From the human T2T-CHM13v2.0 reference genome, Homo sapiens: a stretch of DNA of 64,000 bases. The translations under genes were made by a program, and so were the position numbers. The first letter of the stretch is position 1. Every line of letters starts with the position of its first letter. The stretch lies in the NCBI RefSeq assembly GCF_009914755.1, contig NC_060932.1; one strand, 5' to 3'. The notes beneath the pieces were generated by a model, which was not told the DNA's origin, did not search any database, and was given only the letters and a program-made list of their open reading frames with translations. Shown in pieces: positions 15,046 through 29,079 of this stretch.

Positions 15046-16571
15046 AGGCAAAATTCAACTATACGTTGTTTATAAGTAAAGTACTTTAAATATGAAAACT
15101 TATGCAGGTTTGGAGTGAACGGATTGCAAAAGGCATCCTTTGCAAATAGTATGCTTGTATTACCATACTGGAGTGGTTATATCAACATCATATGAAATAG
15201 ACTTCAAGACAAAGAGTATCAAAGACTCATCATTGTCCATAATGAAGTGAAGTGAATCCATTAGCAGGACATAATACTCACCAACATATGAGGATACAAT
15301 CAAAGAACTTCAAAATACACAAAGCAAAAACTGACACAATTAGAGGGAGTCAGACAATTCCACAATCATAGTTGGAGGTTTTAAGATCCTGCTCTCCACA
15401 ATTGACAGCACAATTAGCAAAAAAAAAAAAAAAAAAAAAAAAAAACCAACAAAAAACAGTCAGTAAAGACATAAATGAACTGAACAACACGTGCAACTCC
15501 AGAGCTGGTGTGCAGACAGCACTACAGCAAACAACTTCAGGCCCACGTCCTCTTCCAGTGCATAAGGTGTGCTCACCAGGATGAAGCTCATGTGGGTCAT
15601 GAGACAAGTCTGAATAGATGTCAAATGACTGAGTGATACAGAGTACACATTCGACTCTAGTGAAGGATGTATCTCCCTTGGTTGTTAGGGGAAATATACT
15701 GAGGTTTGCAATTTATTTTCAAATGCATGAACGAAATATGATGGACTAACAGATGGATAAAAAGGTGGATATAGTAATAGACACTCAGTAAAGGAATTAT
15801 AGCAAAATAGTAGTGGTACAATCACTGCTGTACCCACCACCTAGATTTAACTTTGCTGTATGTTTAAAAATCTTTACAATTAAAAACATTTCTAAAAATC
15901 AACTCATTTTCTGAAATGGAAGACTTCTCAGAATCCTTAAGATACAAATGTGTGTGGAAATCCCCAAGGGGGGAGGTGGATATGCGGAATTTTCCAACTG
16001 ATCTCTCTCAAGAACCAACCCCCACCCCTTTTAAGGAAGATCTCAAAGAAATCGAGGCTCAAAGACCCTCCTGGTGTGGTCAAATAGGCCCTAGCAGGCT
16101 TTATGCCAGGCAAACCTGATCTTTATTCTAATTTCACTGATTCCTCACTGTGGAATTACTTCATCTTTCTGAGTCTCACTTTCATCATCTGTTCAATGGG
16201 GCTAAAAATTGCATGCACTCAATGGATTCCGTAAGAACGAGGCATGGCCAGGTGTGTTAGAAGCCCTCGTCAATGGCTGGTATATAGCAGGCGCTTGAGA
16301 ATCTACACTGACCCTCTCTCCCTTGTCCTCTGGAGTCGGGAGTGACATGCTTGGAGTTTTGCTTCTTTGCTCTTCCTCTAGCAGTGCTATTTACCATGAA
16401 TGCTTATAGAGGAAAAGAAGCAGGAAAAGCAAGCATTTAGCAAGGTATGCCAGTGTCTCAAAGGCCAGATAATAAAGATGTTAGGTGGCAGCACAAGGGG
16501 AAAGAAGAGGCAGGTGAAGAGATATGAGAGTATCCGCAGAATTTTCTTCTAAAAAAAAAAAAAAAGGCCCT

Positions 16572-16985
<414 letters not shown>

Positions 16986-17451
16986 TCACCTGGCAAGTCA
17001 AATAAGTAGCGTGTTGTAGCAAGACAGGGTGGTATCATTAAAGAAATATTAGCATGATAGGGAACAGAGGAAATGAACTACACGCGCATTTCTTCTGCTA
17101 TAAATATTCTCACACTTCAGATGCGAGTGAGGGATTCCCACCATTTTCATAAACCACCAGGTACTAATCTCCATCAACGCCACCAAATAGCATTTAACAA
17201 GAGATAATGTGGTTCTGTAGCCAGGGCAGGCTGCAGGAAAAGCAATGCTGTATTACTCAGCCGCCGGGAGCAAAGGACAGAAGAATGACAAACTAACCAG
17301 GACAAAGTATGAAGAAAAATAGACCTTTGTTATATATGCCAATATCTCCCTTGCTTTAATTTAAATAAGGCTTTGTTTTGTCCTTGTTGAAAAGTAGAAT
17401 AAAGTTCTTATTCCCCTTGAAATCTTGTATAATTAAAAATACAGTATTAAG

Positions 17452-17757
<306 letters not shown>

Positions 17758-17760
17758 AAA

Positions 17761-17779
17761 TATGTGTGTATATATATAT

Positions 17780-17828
<49 letters not shown>
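17761..17828. repeat. Compound microsatellite (TG)(TA)n(GA)n at the Alu tail
   Basis: tatgtgtgtatatatatatagagagag... read directly. Confidence 0.95.
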
Positions 17829-17830
<2 letters not shown>

Positions 17831-18127
17831 AAGGGAGCCAGGAGAATTGACAGCACGGGATTTTGAGTCCAACAGACCTGGATTCTTGTCCACGTTCTGT
17901 CCACTGGCACTTGCATGGCCGTGGGAACATTACTGACCCACCCTGAGCCTCAGTTTCCTTATCTGTGGAGTGCGAATCATAAGCCTTGCATCACAGGGTC
18001 CTTGAGTATTAGGTTCACTCTTTCATCCGGGAACTACGTTGTACCAGGCACTGTTTTAGATGGAAGGGAAATAGAAGCGAACAAAACGAAGAGCCCTCCT
18101 TACACTGAGTGGGGGAAGATGGTTCAT

Positions 18128-18130
<3 letters not shown>

Positions 18131-18168
<38 letters not shown>
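18131..18168. repeat. (AC)~19 microsatellite
   Basis: Perfect AC run. Confidence 0.97.
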
Positions 18169-18170
<2 letters not shown>

Positions 18171-18667
18171 TGACGTACAGATCCTAGCGTGTTCCCCATG
18201 ACCCCTGCCCTGGTGTTCACACCCTCCCTTTTGTTTTTGCCAATATAACGGCTTCGCCTTGAGTAAGGAAAAGAGAATCCCAGGGAGCGCAGACAGCAAA
18301 TGCTGATGCTCTAAGGCTAGAGGACATCTGGGAAGGTCAGAAGACATCAAGGAAGCCAATGTGGCTAAGACAGAGGGGCAGGCAGGAGAGGCCACAAATT
18401 ACCAGGCTGGCCCGATGCCCTTCTCCCTAAGTTTTGTTCATTACGGCAGCCCCTTCCTTTAGGAGGAGCCCCCCACCCTACCTCCACCTCCACCTTCAAA
18501 TGTAAAATTCTTATCAAGGTTTCCAATTACGGCAACCCTGATCTGGCCACAGGATTGGGGCTAGGAGCCAGGCCTCACGCACAGGTGCCCCCTTTGCAGC
18601 CTTTCCCATTATCAGGGTGAGCCTGTCAACCAAGCCTGCTCACCGAAATATTAAAAAGACAATAACA

Positions 18668-18959
18668 GGCCAAGCTCAGTGGCTCACACCTGTAACCTCA
18701 GCACTTTGAGAGGATGAGGTGGCGGATCACTTGAGGTCAGGAGTTCGAGACCAGCCTGGCCAACATGGGGAAACCCTGTCTCTACTGAAAATACAAGAAC
18801 TAGCTAGTGTGGTGGGCGCCTGTAATCCCAGCTAATTGGGAGGCTGAGGCGGGAGAATCGCTTGAACCCAGGAGGCAGAGGTTGCCGTGAGCCAAGATTG
18901 CACCACTGTACTCCGGCCTGGGAGACATGGTGAGACTCCATCTCAAAAAAATAAAAATA
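18668..18959 (+). mobile_element. Alu (AluS)
   Basis: Alu consensus. TSD aaaaagacaataaca on both sides. Confidence 0.93.
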
Positions 18960-19812
18960 AAAAAGACAATAACAAACTAATTAAAACAGAAATTTCTGTG
19001 AGAATGATCACAGGAGAAAAAAAACCAAAGACACAAATAATAATATTAGGAATAAGAAAACCTGATTTCATTACAGGTACTAAGACTGTAAAAGGGTAAA
19101 AGAAAATTATGAATAATTTTTTGCCAATAAACTTTAAAACCTTAGATATAATAAAATTGAGAAATAATTCTCAAGGAGAAAACATGTAACTCACCAAAGC
19201 TGACTAAAGAAAAAACAGAAAACATTAAACGTGGCGTTACCGTATGACCCAACAATTTCATTTCTAGGAGACATCCGTGGGCAATGAGAACATTTCCATA
19301 TAAAAACGCACACAAGAGCACACACAGTAGCGTCATTCGTGACAGACAAAAGGGGCAGCAACGTAAGGGTCCATCAATCGATAAACCACTAAATAAAATG
19401 TGCAATATCCATGTGATGGAATATCATTTAGCAGTAAAAAGGAAGGAAGTATTGATACATACTTCAACATGAATAGACCCTGATTACATTACATGCTGAG
19501 TAAAGCAGCCAGTCACAACAGAACACACACAGAATTCCACTTATATGAAATGTCCAGAATAGGTAAATCCATAGAAACCAAAAGTAGATCAATGGTTGCC
19601 TAGGGCTGGGGGTGGGGGAAGTGGAAAGGGGGAGTGGTGGCCAATGGGTAGGAGTTTTTGTAGCATGGTAGGTGATAGTGTTCTAAAATCAATCATGGTA
19701 ACGGCTGCACAACTCTGTGAGTATCCTCAATACCAATGAGTTAACGAGCTGTAAATAGGTGCATCAAAGGATATGTTAATTACATCTCAATAAAACTGTC
19801 ATTTAAAAAGAA
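18960..19812 (+). mobile_element. L1M ORF2 relic plus L1MB/ME-type 3' end
   Basis: ttaccgtatgacccaacaatt, ttccacttatatgaaatgtccagaataggtaaatccatagaaac and ctcaataaaactg are typical of an L1MB 3' UTR. Confidence 0.8.
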
Positions 19813-22639
19813 AAGAAACTGTTATTGATTATACATGTCTGATATAAATAACTCTGCCCCACCTTCAACACAGACATCTCAGCTTATACACCACATCCTG
19901 CAGAACAAAGGTCTATAAAATCATTCAAGGTAGCACGGCACCCCCTAGAAAGTTTTTGTCCCATGATGGCGAGGCGAGTGGTAAGTCCAGCTTCAGGTGA
20001 CCGTGGGGGAAGCGGGGCGTGTGGCCACAGGAGCCCAGGATAGATTGCTGGTCCACAGTCCAGGTTCTGCTTAGTCCTCGTCTATGGAATGAAGGCAACT
20101 TTCATCCTCAATGAGTTCTCATGAGGATTCAAAGTAACAATATGCACAAATACTTTTTACTTGGCAAACCGCGGAGCTCAGGCTTTTTATCGCTTGCCTA
20201 CGAAATGGAAGGTGAACCTGTCAGCAGATGATGCCTGTCAATTAACAATGGTTCTCGCGAATTCAAGGCTGAGGGAATTGAAGTTCAGGGTGGTTGGGGA
20301 ACTTGTCCAGAGTGGTATTGCTGATTTCACAATGAGTAAACCAGGGCTCAAGTCAAATCTGCTGTTGAACAGACAGCATTAAGCAAGATAACCAGTTGGC
20401 CGAGTTGTGACTTTCAACAGGATGAATGCTTAAGTTGCCGCTGTGAGGCATAACAGACATCATGTTGACAAGGCTGCACCAGCCAAGGGCCTTCCAAGAA
20501 CTGGTGATAAAAGCAACAAACCAACCCCCAAACCTTAGAATGCTACAGGTATGAATCAGACCTTTCCCAAATCACCATGGGTTTCTTGATATAGTCCCAG
20601 AAATCAACAACTTAAACACTGGTGAAAACATTCAGCAACTGACAATTCAATTAGGCTACAAGAGCAGAAAAAACGGACCGATGTAGTGGTTGCACACCAA
20701 CCAGTAAGTGAACACCGGCTCCGAAGGCCTCTTTGGTATGCACCAAAACACATGGCATGCGGCAAGAGGAGGCGCGGCAGGGAGGGAGCCGCACCCGCCT
20801 TACAGCCAAACAAATGAACTATAAAAGGGTGAGGTGAGTCAACCGAGGACAACGCCCTGCCAAACAGAGTGCCTCACCTGCTCACGGCTTGGAGTCAGCC
20901 AGACCCAGGCGCGCACATCCCCACCGCCACCTCCCCACCTGTGACACAGGCCTGGTTACGCCACCTCTCTGAGCTCCATTTCTTCCTCCTAAGAAGTTGG
21001 AGAATCACCCTGACACCTCACAGAATTGGTATGGGAAGGAACAAAGCCTCTGCCAACGCTCCTCACACAAAGCCCTACTCCTATAGGGGCTTGATGCCTG
21101 CAGGCCCCACCGTTCTCTTCGAAGTGGTCACAGCTGGGTGTCCCAGTGGTTAGCACATGAGTCAGGCCAGTTGGAGCTACTCATTTTTTTCTGTCGCCTT
21201 CCTATTCAAACCACTGAACAAAAACTGTGCCATGAGGGTTCAAGATGAGAAGAAATGTGACAGTCACGTTCTGCTGCCTGGGGGCAGGTGTCCTCACTGC
21301 CACCATCCCGGCCTTTGCCACTTTCCCCAGCAGACTGCTCTTGCTTGCAGACAAAGTCCTTGGATCTCCAGCACCTCCTCTTCTGTTCGTACCATTAGAA
21401 TGTCAAGTCCAGAGGGCCAGAGGCACTACATGTCTGTTGCTCATGTAAGGAATAAATGCCCATTTTCTGCACAGGGCACTGAAACTTAGGAGAAGCTGTA
21501 CCTCAAGCTGCAGAGTTAGAGGCTGGGAGGCAGAGGTAGGCCTCTGTTCTTCTCACTATGTGATTACAGATGCCGAGCTCACTCCACGCACCTCTGAGTC
21601 TGCACCAAAGGGCACTGACAGGACAGAAAAGGGGCTCACAGAGATCTTCTAAAGGCCAGAGATTGAATAGTGATTACTTAGTTGTTTCAAATCGAATGCA
21701 AGTGAAGAAAAACATGCTCTTGAAACGCTTAAGGCCAAGCAGCAGGTGAATATACCTTCTCATCACTGTGGCAATTAAGCATTATCTGGGAGGAAGGTGT
21801 TCTGGCCACCTAAATTGCCACATTCCAATCATTTGCGCATCAGGATCACACAAACATGTATTTTCATCAAGGATAAATTTTCTCTTCTAATTTCCTTCTT
21901 TCTAAGGAGTAAGGTGAAGGAAATAATCATCTCCTCAAGCTTAAAAGCTGAAGAAATACTTTACCTTCTTACCCACAACTTAAGCTGTTACTAACTTCAG
22001 TCTCAAAATGGCTCTTTTTCTTCCTTTTGCATTTTTGTGGCTAAAGCCCTGATCCACATTACTTTCAGAATTAGATTAATAGCAAATTGCATGCCAGACA
22101 CTGCGTAAGGGGCTTTTGTATCCAGAATCCCATTTAATCTTCACAATAATCACAATAACAAAAGAGGAAATCATTTTATTATTATTATTGTCACAGAAGA
22201 AGGGTCAGGCTGAGTTCAGGTGACTTGCCTAAATCAAATGGTTAAACAAGTGAGGAAAGCATGGTGTGAACCTAGGTCTGTGTGACTCCAGGCGTGGTGC
22301 TTTCTATTTCACGGAACTTTTAAGGAAGACTAAAGTAGAATGCACCAAACAGGACCTGAAACAGCAAGACTGCACAGGAGCCCGGCAGCTCGGGTCACCA
22401 GAGGGCTCTCCCCGGGAGCAGTGAACAAAGGCCTGGGCAAAGAGTGTGCCAAGAAAAGGGAACAAGAGGATAGAAAAAAGACTCAGAGGTGAAGATCCTA
22501 GGATGCCTATGTTTGAGAACAAGATACTGCAAGACAAGGCAGGTCGCCAGAGGATGGGGCCGAGGGGTGCTGGTGGGGCACCTGGAAAGCAGCTGTGGCA
22601 GTCGACTCACACTGCCAGGGTGGTGGCAGCAGTGACAGT

Positions 22640-22870
22640 GTCGATGCTGTTCTCTACTGAGCACTTCCTCTGCACCAGGCACTGTGCTAAGCACATCACA
22701 TCCATTCTCTAATCGGATTCTATAACAACCCAAACCAGCACATTCTATTATTAACACACTTTACAGATGTGGAAACTGAAGGTAAAGAGGTCAGCTAACT
22801 TTCCAAGACCCCACGGCTTGTCAGAAGCAGAGCTGGACTTGAATCCAAGTAGTCTGACTCTAGACACCAA
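22640..22870 (-). mobile_element. MIR (representative; further MIR/L2 fragments at ~3690, 5230, 5700, 11870, 16150, 17870, 22090, 29280, 38650, 44450, 53830)
   Basis: ccaggcactgtgctaagcac...ttacagatgtggaaactgaagg...ggacttgaatccaagtagtctgactc. Confidence 0.8.
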
Positions 22871-22979
22871 GCCTGAGACACAGGCCAAACTGCCTGCCAC
22901 AGGAAGTAAGAGGATGGCTGTTTCCAGTGCCCTGGATTCAGAGGCAGAGGACACGATGGAATAATCAATTATCTACATG

Positions 22980-24185
<1,206 letters not shown>

Positions 24186-24446
24186 TGTGATGGACTGAGT
24201 GACTGCGTCCCCCAGTAATTCATATGTTGTACGCTTCCCCTCAAAGTGACGGTATTAGGAGGTAAAGCCTTTAGGAGGTAACTATGGTTACGTGTGATCA
24301 TAAGGGTGGGCCCTCAGGATTGGATTAGTGTCCTTATAAGAAGAGATGCCAGACAGCTTGCCTCTAGACCTGTGAGAAATAACTGTATGCAGTTTAAGCC
24401 ACCCACCCAGTCAGTGGTACTTTGTTACGGCAGCCCCAGCAGACCA
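24186..24446 (+). mobile_element. MaLR LTR (MLT1A/MST-like, internally deleted)
   Basis: tgtgatggactga...ttcatatgttg, gattagtgtccttataagaagag and ggtactttgttacggcagcc. Confidence 0.75.
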
Positions 24447-26032
24447 AGCTTTTAAAAATCAATATAAGCATATTCTAAATCATCTAAATGGCCATTTGTA
24501 AGAAGAAGCTGCCAGGTAATCTCAGGACCTGTGTTTGCGTTTGTGTCTTTGGCTGCTTGTGCAAGTGTTATTACCTTCACTGCCACCAGCTAACAATAAG
24601 GAACAAAGGTAGAGGTGCTCACGCCACTTGACACTCAAGTGACATCACAGCGTGTCAGTGAAGATTTGCCCTGGTTTGAATAAAGGCCAATGTTGAGAAT
24701 ACAGATCCACTCCATTGTATACACAGGCGTGTTAAAATAAAAGGAGCCAGCTCTGCAGCTGTCCATATACGTTCACAATTCTACTGGCAATTTAGTTGTA
24801 CCAAAACATCTCATCAAGTTAATCTGGTAATTTTATTTGTATTGGTCTTACAATTTGGCATGTATATAATTTGGAAAAGCGGTTTCACAGATTTAAGTAT
24901 TATAAGCATAAGGATTCTGTATTTAATTTTATGTTGATGCATATTTAATGTTTTTATTATAGTACTGGTTACATAAATGGTAGGGATCAAGCACATTTTT
25001 TCTTGTGAAAGGGGTCGGATTTCAAAGCCTCTGCCACCAGCTGCACCAGCCATCGGCACCATCTGACCACCTCCTACCCTCACCTCCCCGTTTCTGGTAA
25101 CAGTGATGAAGGAATGATCAGGGCCAGAAGGGATCCTGTAGGAGCCTCATGTAGGTCTTGTTCACTGGGTTCTTGAGGTTCAGTTCAGGAGCCTGATCAT
25201 CTCCATGTGGGTTCTTCGCATGCTGTGACACACAGCACCAGCCGCACACGCTGCAAAAAAACCCTGGACGGACCCAGGGGCTCCTCCGAGATGGATCCAA
25301 GAGCAAACTTGGTTTCAAGCGCCCACGTTCAGCATCAACACGTGAAGCAAATACAACATTAAACAGCTCCTACTTATCAAAACTGAGAAAGGCTCCAACC
25401 CCACTGCTGCAAATGCTCTAAGACAGGAAGGGATTTAGGCTCCCTCCCAGGCAGCCAGTCCAGAAACAGGCAATGCAGGATTCCTCGAGAACTGCACAAT
25501 TGGAAGGAGATGAAAAGTATCTAACTGGAAAACAACAACAACAGCAAAAGTGGGAATGTGGGTCAGGACTACTGGAAATAGGAAATCCACCTTTTTCAGC
25601 CAGCTACCGACCAGACTCACCCCCAGTCTGAGTTTCCTGTTCGTGAGGGCTGCGCTAACATTCTGTGTCCACTAACGTCGAGGAATCCTCAAATAGGTCC
25701 CAGGGGCTTCTTTCCAAGAGAAACTGAAAGCTCTGCAGCGCTTCTGTGATGCCTGGTGTGGTCTGCCTTGCTGCCATCCAGCATGACTGCCCCAGTGCCC
25801 CGCCCTCCCTCATGCTCAACTATGGATGCATCTTGGCCCTCAAGACTGTGTCTGGGTCCTCGTTTCTCCCGCCGTGTGGCTGGAAGGGAGGCAGCTGGTT
25901 AGCACGCGGAGACCTGACGAGAGTGTGGCTGTGCCTAGAACCAGCTCCGATGCTCCTCGTTCGAAACACCCACCCCTGTGTGCACAGCACCTTGTTCTTT
26001 CGTGCATTTCACCCTACATGGGATGTTGTTTC

Positions 26033-26335
26033 GTTTTTTTTTTTCTTTTATTTTGAGATGGAGTCTCACACTGTCGCCTGGGCTGGAGTGCAGTGGTGTG
26101 ATCTCGGCTCACTGCAACCTCTGCCCCCCGGATTCAAGCAATTCTCCTGACTCAGCCTCCTGAGTAGCTGGGATTACAGGCACCCACCACCACGCCCAGA
26201 TAATTTTTTGTATTTTTAGTAGAGACGGGGTTTCACTATGTTTGCCACACTGGTCTCAAACTCTTGACCTTGTGATCCGCCCACCTCAACCTCCCAAAGT
26301 GCTGGGATTACAGGCGTGAGCCACCGCACCCGGCC
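26033..26335 (-). mobile_element. Alu (AluS)
   Basis: 16-bp TSD catgggatgttgtttc at 26017-26032 and 26336-26351. Confidence 0.95.
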
Positions 26336-28753
26336 CATGGGATGTTGTTTCTGAGGCATGTGTCTCCATCAGCTGCCAGCATAGCGTCTCCTTGATGTTG
26401 GGCCTACGCCTGACCTATTTCTCCACCCTCCACCACGGTGTCTCGTACATGGCAAATGCCTCCTAGGAATTGTTTCCAATCAGGACAGGCCCTTCTGATT
26501 GACAAGAAACAAAGACCTGTGTGCCTGGAACAGCACTGCTCAGCTCAGCAGAGCCTGGCGCCTGTGGATGCAGAGGGGAAGCACTGGCCAGACTGCTTCC
26601 ATCCTGGCTCCGCGTAGACTCGTTGTGCCACCCCGGGCAGGTCCTATGCCTCCTACTCCCCTATCCCTACAGAGTGGCCTCCCACACCCTGGAGGACAAG
26701 CACCTCCTTCAGGCCGTGCTGAGGGGTGAATTCTGTGGTAAAAACACCCAGCCACTCTCTCTCAGTTAACCCACAAATCTGATGGGATTTCAGGAGCTGA
26801 AGAGGGGATGGGATGTCAGTGAGGACACCGGATAAGGCCCTGAGGTGCTTGCTGCCTTCGAGCGGGAGGGACACGGCTTCAAAGGCCACTTCCTCAGAGA
26901 CAGCAAAATCGCATTCCACACAGAGCGGGCCCCATGCTCTGAAAACATATTTGATCCTGTGACATTTATAAGCCACAAGATTTTCCTCACAGGAGCTAAA
27001 AATAGCTAACACAGTTCCAATGAGTCCAACAGCCACAGCCACCCTAGTCCGGAAGCTTGGGCCAGCCCAGGCCAAGAGGGTTGCCATGGAAACAGCAGAC
27101 CTGGGAGGGTGCCATGAGCAGGGAGGGCCGCCTACCTGCCCTGCAGCCTTGGGGGACTCGGGCGACTGAGGTGGCTGTCCTGGACGGGGCACGCTAGGGT
27201 GGGCGGCACCTATCGGAGGGGAACAGCAGGCAACCTGTATCGCTCTACATGTAGCCTTTTCTTTTTAAAATAAATGAAGGGATGTTTGGCAGACAGCAAG
27301 GACTCTGGAGTCAGAGAGAGGCAGGGACAGCAGGAGACCTGTCACAAGTTGACTCTGGGGACCTAGGTAGGGCACGCTGTGTCTGGGTGTCCTCAGGAAT
27401 AAAAGGGGGATGGCAACACCGCACCATGCCTTCTGGCGCCTGGCACGTGTGCTCAGTACACAGGGCTGTGCTCTCTCCACCTCCAGCTGTCCAAGCTTGG
27501 AGAGGCAGAGGGAGAAAGAAGCAAGTGTCACATTCCCTGGCCCAGAAGGCCCGGCACCAGGTGCATGCCATGCAGGAAACCCTCAGCCACAGCCGCAGGG
27601 GTGGCTCACTCGCTTGCTCAGGGGACACAGGACCCCCCTGTGCCATGCAGGTCACACTGCCCCCCTCGGGCCGAGCCATCAGCAGCATAAGGGGAGCCCA
27701 TCACAAAGGGCTTGCCAACCATCCCAGCCTCCTCTTCGTCCTCTCCAAAGGCCCCGTGTTCTAATCAAACTGACGTCGTTTCTGTTCCCAAATGTATCAG
27801 AGGTTTCTGCCAACCTTCCAGCTCCACCCACAGCCCCTGAGGAGAGGCTCCCTGAACAAAAAGACCCTGAGTGTGACATGGTGGCTGACTGGCCCACAAA
27901 CAGACTCTTGATGCAAACCAGCCAGACCCCTTGTGGGTCAGATGCCAATCATGCGCGAGTCAGTTGGTGATGGGGACTTGGGCTGAAAGGACTCACTGCC
28001 ACTGCAGGCATGAGGACAGCAGCTGAGATAGGCATCCCAGAAGGAGGGAAGGAAAGTGGCCGCCTTGGCCCCTGAGCTTCCAGGTCCCAAGGCCAGTCCC
28101 CACGGCTCCCTTCCCCTGACAACACACTCACACCTCTTGAGCTGGCAGGTGTGTGTCTTTGTTCCTGCCACTAAATGCTCTGGTTTTTTAAACCTCAATG
28201 CCTTTTCTTTCCTTTCCCCATTATCTCAGCATGCTGGAACCACACCGTTCCCACAGCTCTGAGCTCAGATGTCTCCATGAGACTCACAGTCTTTGCCGAC
28301 CCCAGTTTCCAGGTGGCTGCCCCCACCCCCGGCTCTGCATGATGGCATTTGCGTCTGTGCCTGCTCTGCAGGCTTACAGGAAGGCTGACTTCTCAACAGT
28401 TTCTGTTATCCCGACTGCACTCAGCACAGAGCCATCACTCAGTAAAATGTGTCTAATTGGATAAAAGAGACCCACGCTCTTCTGCAAAAGGGCTGCTTCC
28501 ACCAAGAAAGGGACTCCAGGTTCCTGAAGGGAGGCCGACCACTCTGTAGCCCCAGGAACACGGTGTCTGGGATGGCGGAGGCACCACACTTATTTACAGA
28601 CACGCCCCGAGGCAGGACAGGGTGTGCAGTCAGCTTCCTTAGACATGTAAGGAGTGCCTTTTCCTTTCCACAAGGAAAAGGGGAGTTGTGTAGACACCAT
28701 GAGATGTGACCACTGCCCTCGGGAACACATGCCAGAGATGACAGCCTGACACA

Positions 28754-29079
28754 GAGCACTGCATTCCGAGTCACACAGGGGAGCACTGCATTCCGAGTCA
28801 CACAGGGGAGCCCTGCATTCCGAGTCACATGGGGGAGCACTGCATTCCGAGTCACACGGGGGAGCACTGCATTCCGAGTCACACGGGGGAGCACTGCATT
28901 CCGAGTCACACGGGGGAGGCCTGCATTCCGAGTCACACGGGGGAGCCCTGCATTCCGAGTCACACGGGGGAGCCCTGCATTCCGAGTCACACGGGGGAGC
29001 CCTGCATTCCGAGTCACACGGGGGAGCCCTGCATTCCGAGTCACACGGGGGAGCCCTGCATTCCGAGTCACACAGGGGA
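28754..29079. repeat. Minisatellite/VNTR, 12 copies of the 27-bp unit ctgcattccgagtcacacgggggagc(c/a)
   Basis: cattccgagtcaca recurs every 27 nt from 28762 to 29059. Confidence 0.97.

Noticed and set aside
24480-25025. AT-rich segment resembling a hAT transposon end
   Set aside because: Could not identify TIRs or a family by eye. Needs RepeatMasker.
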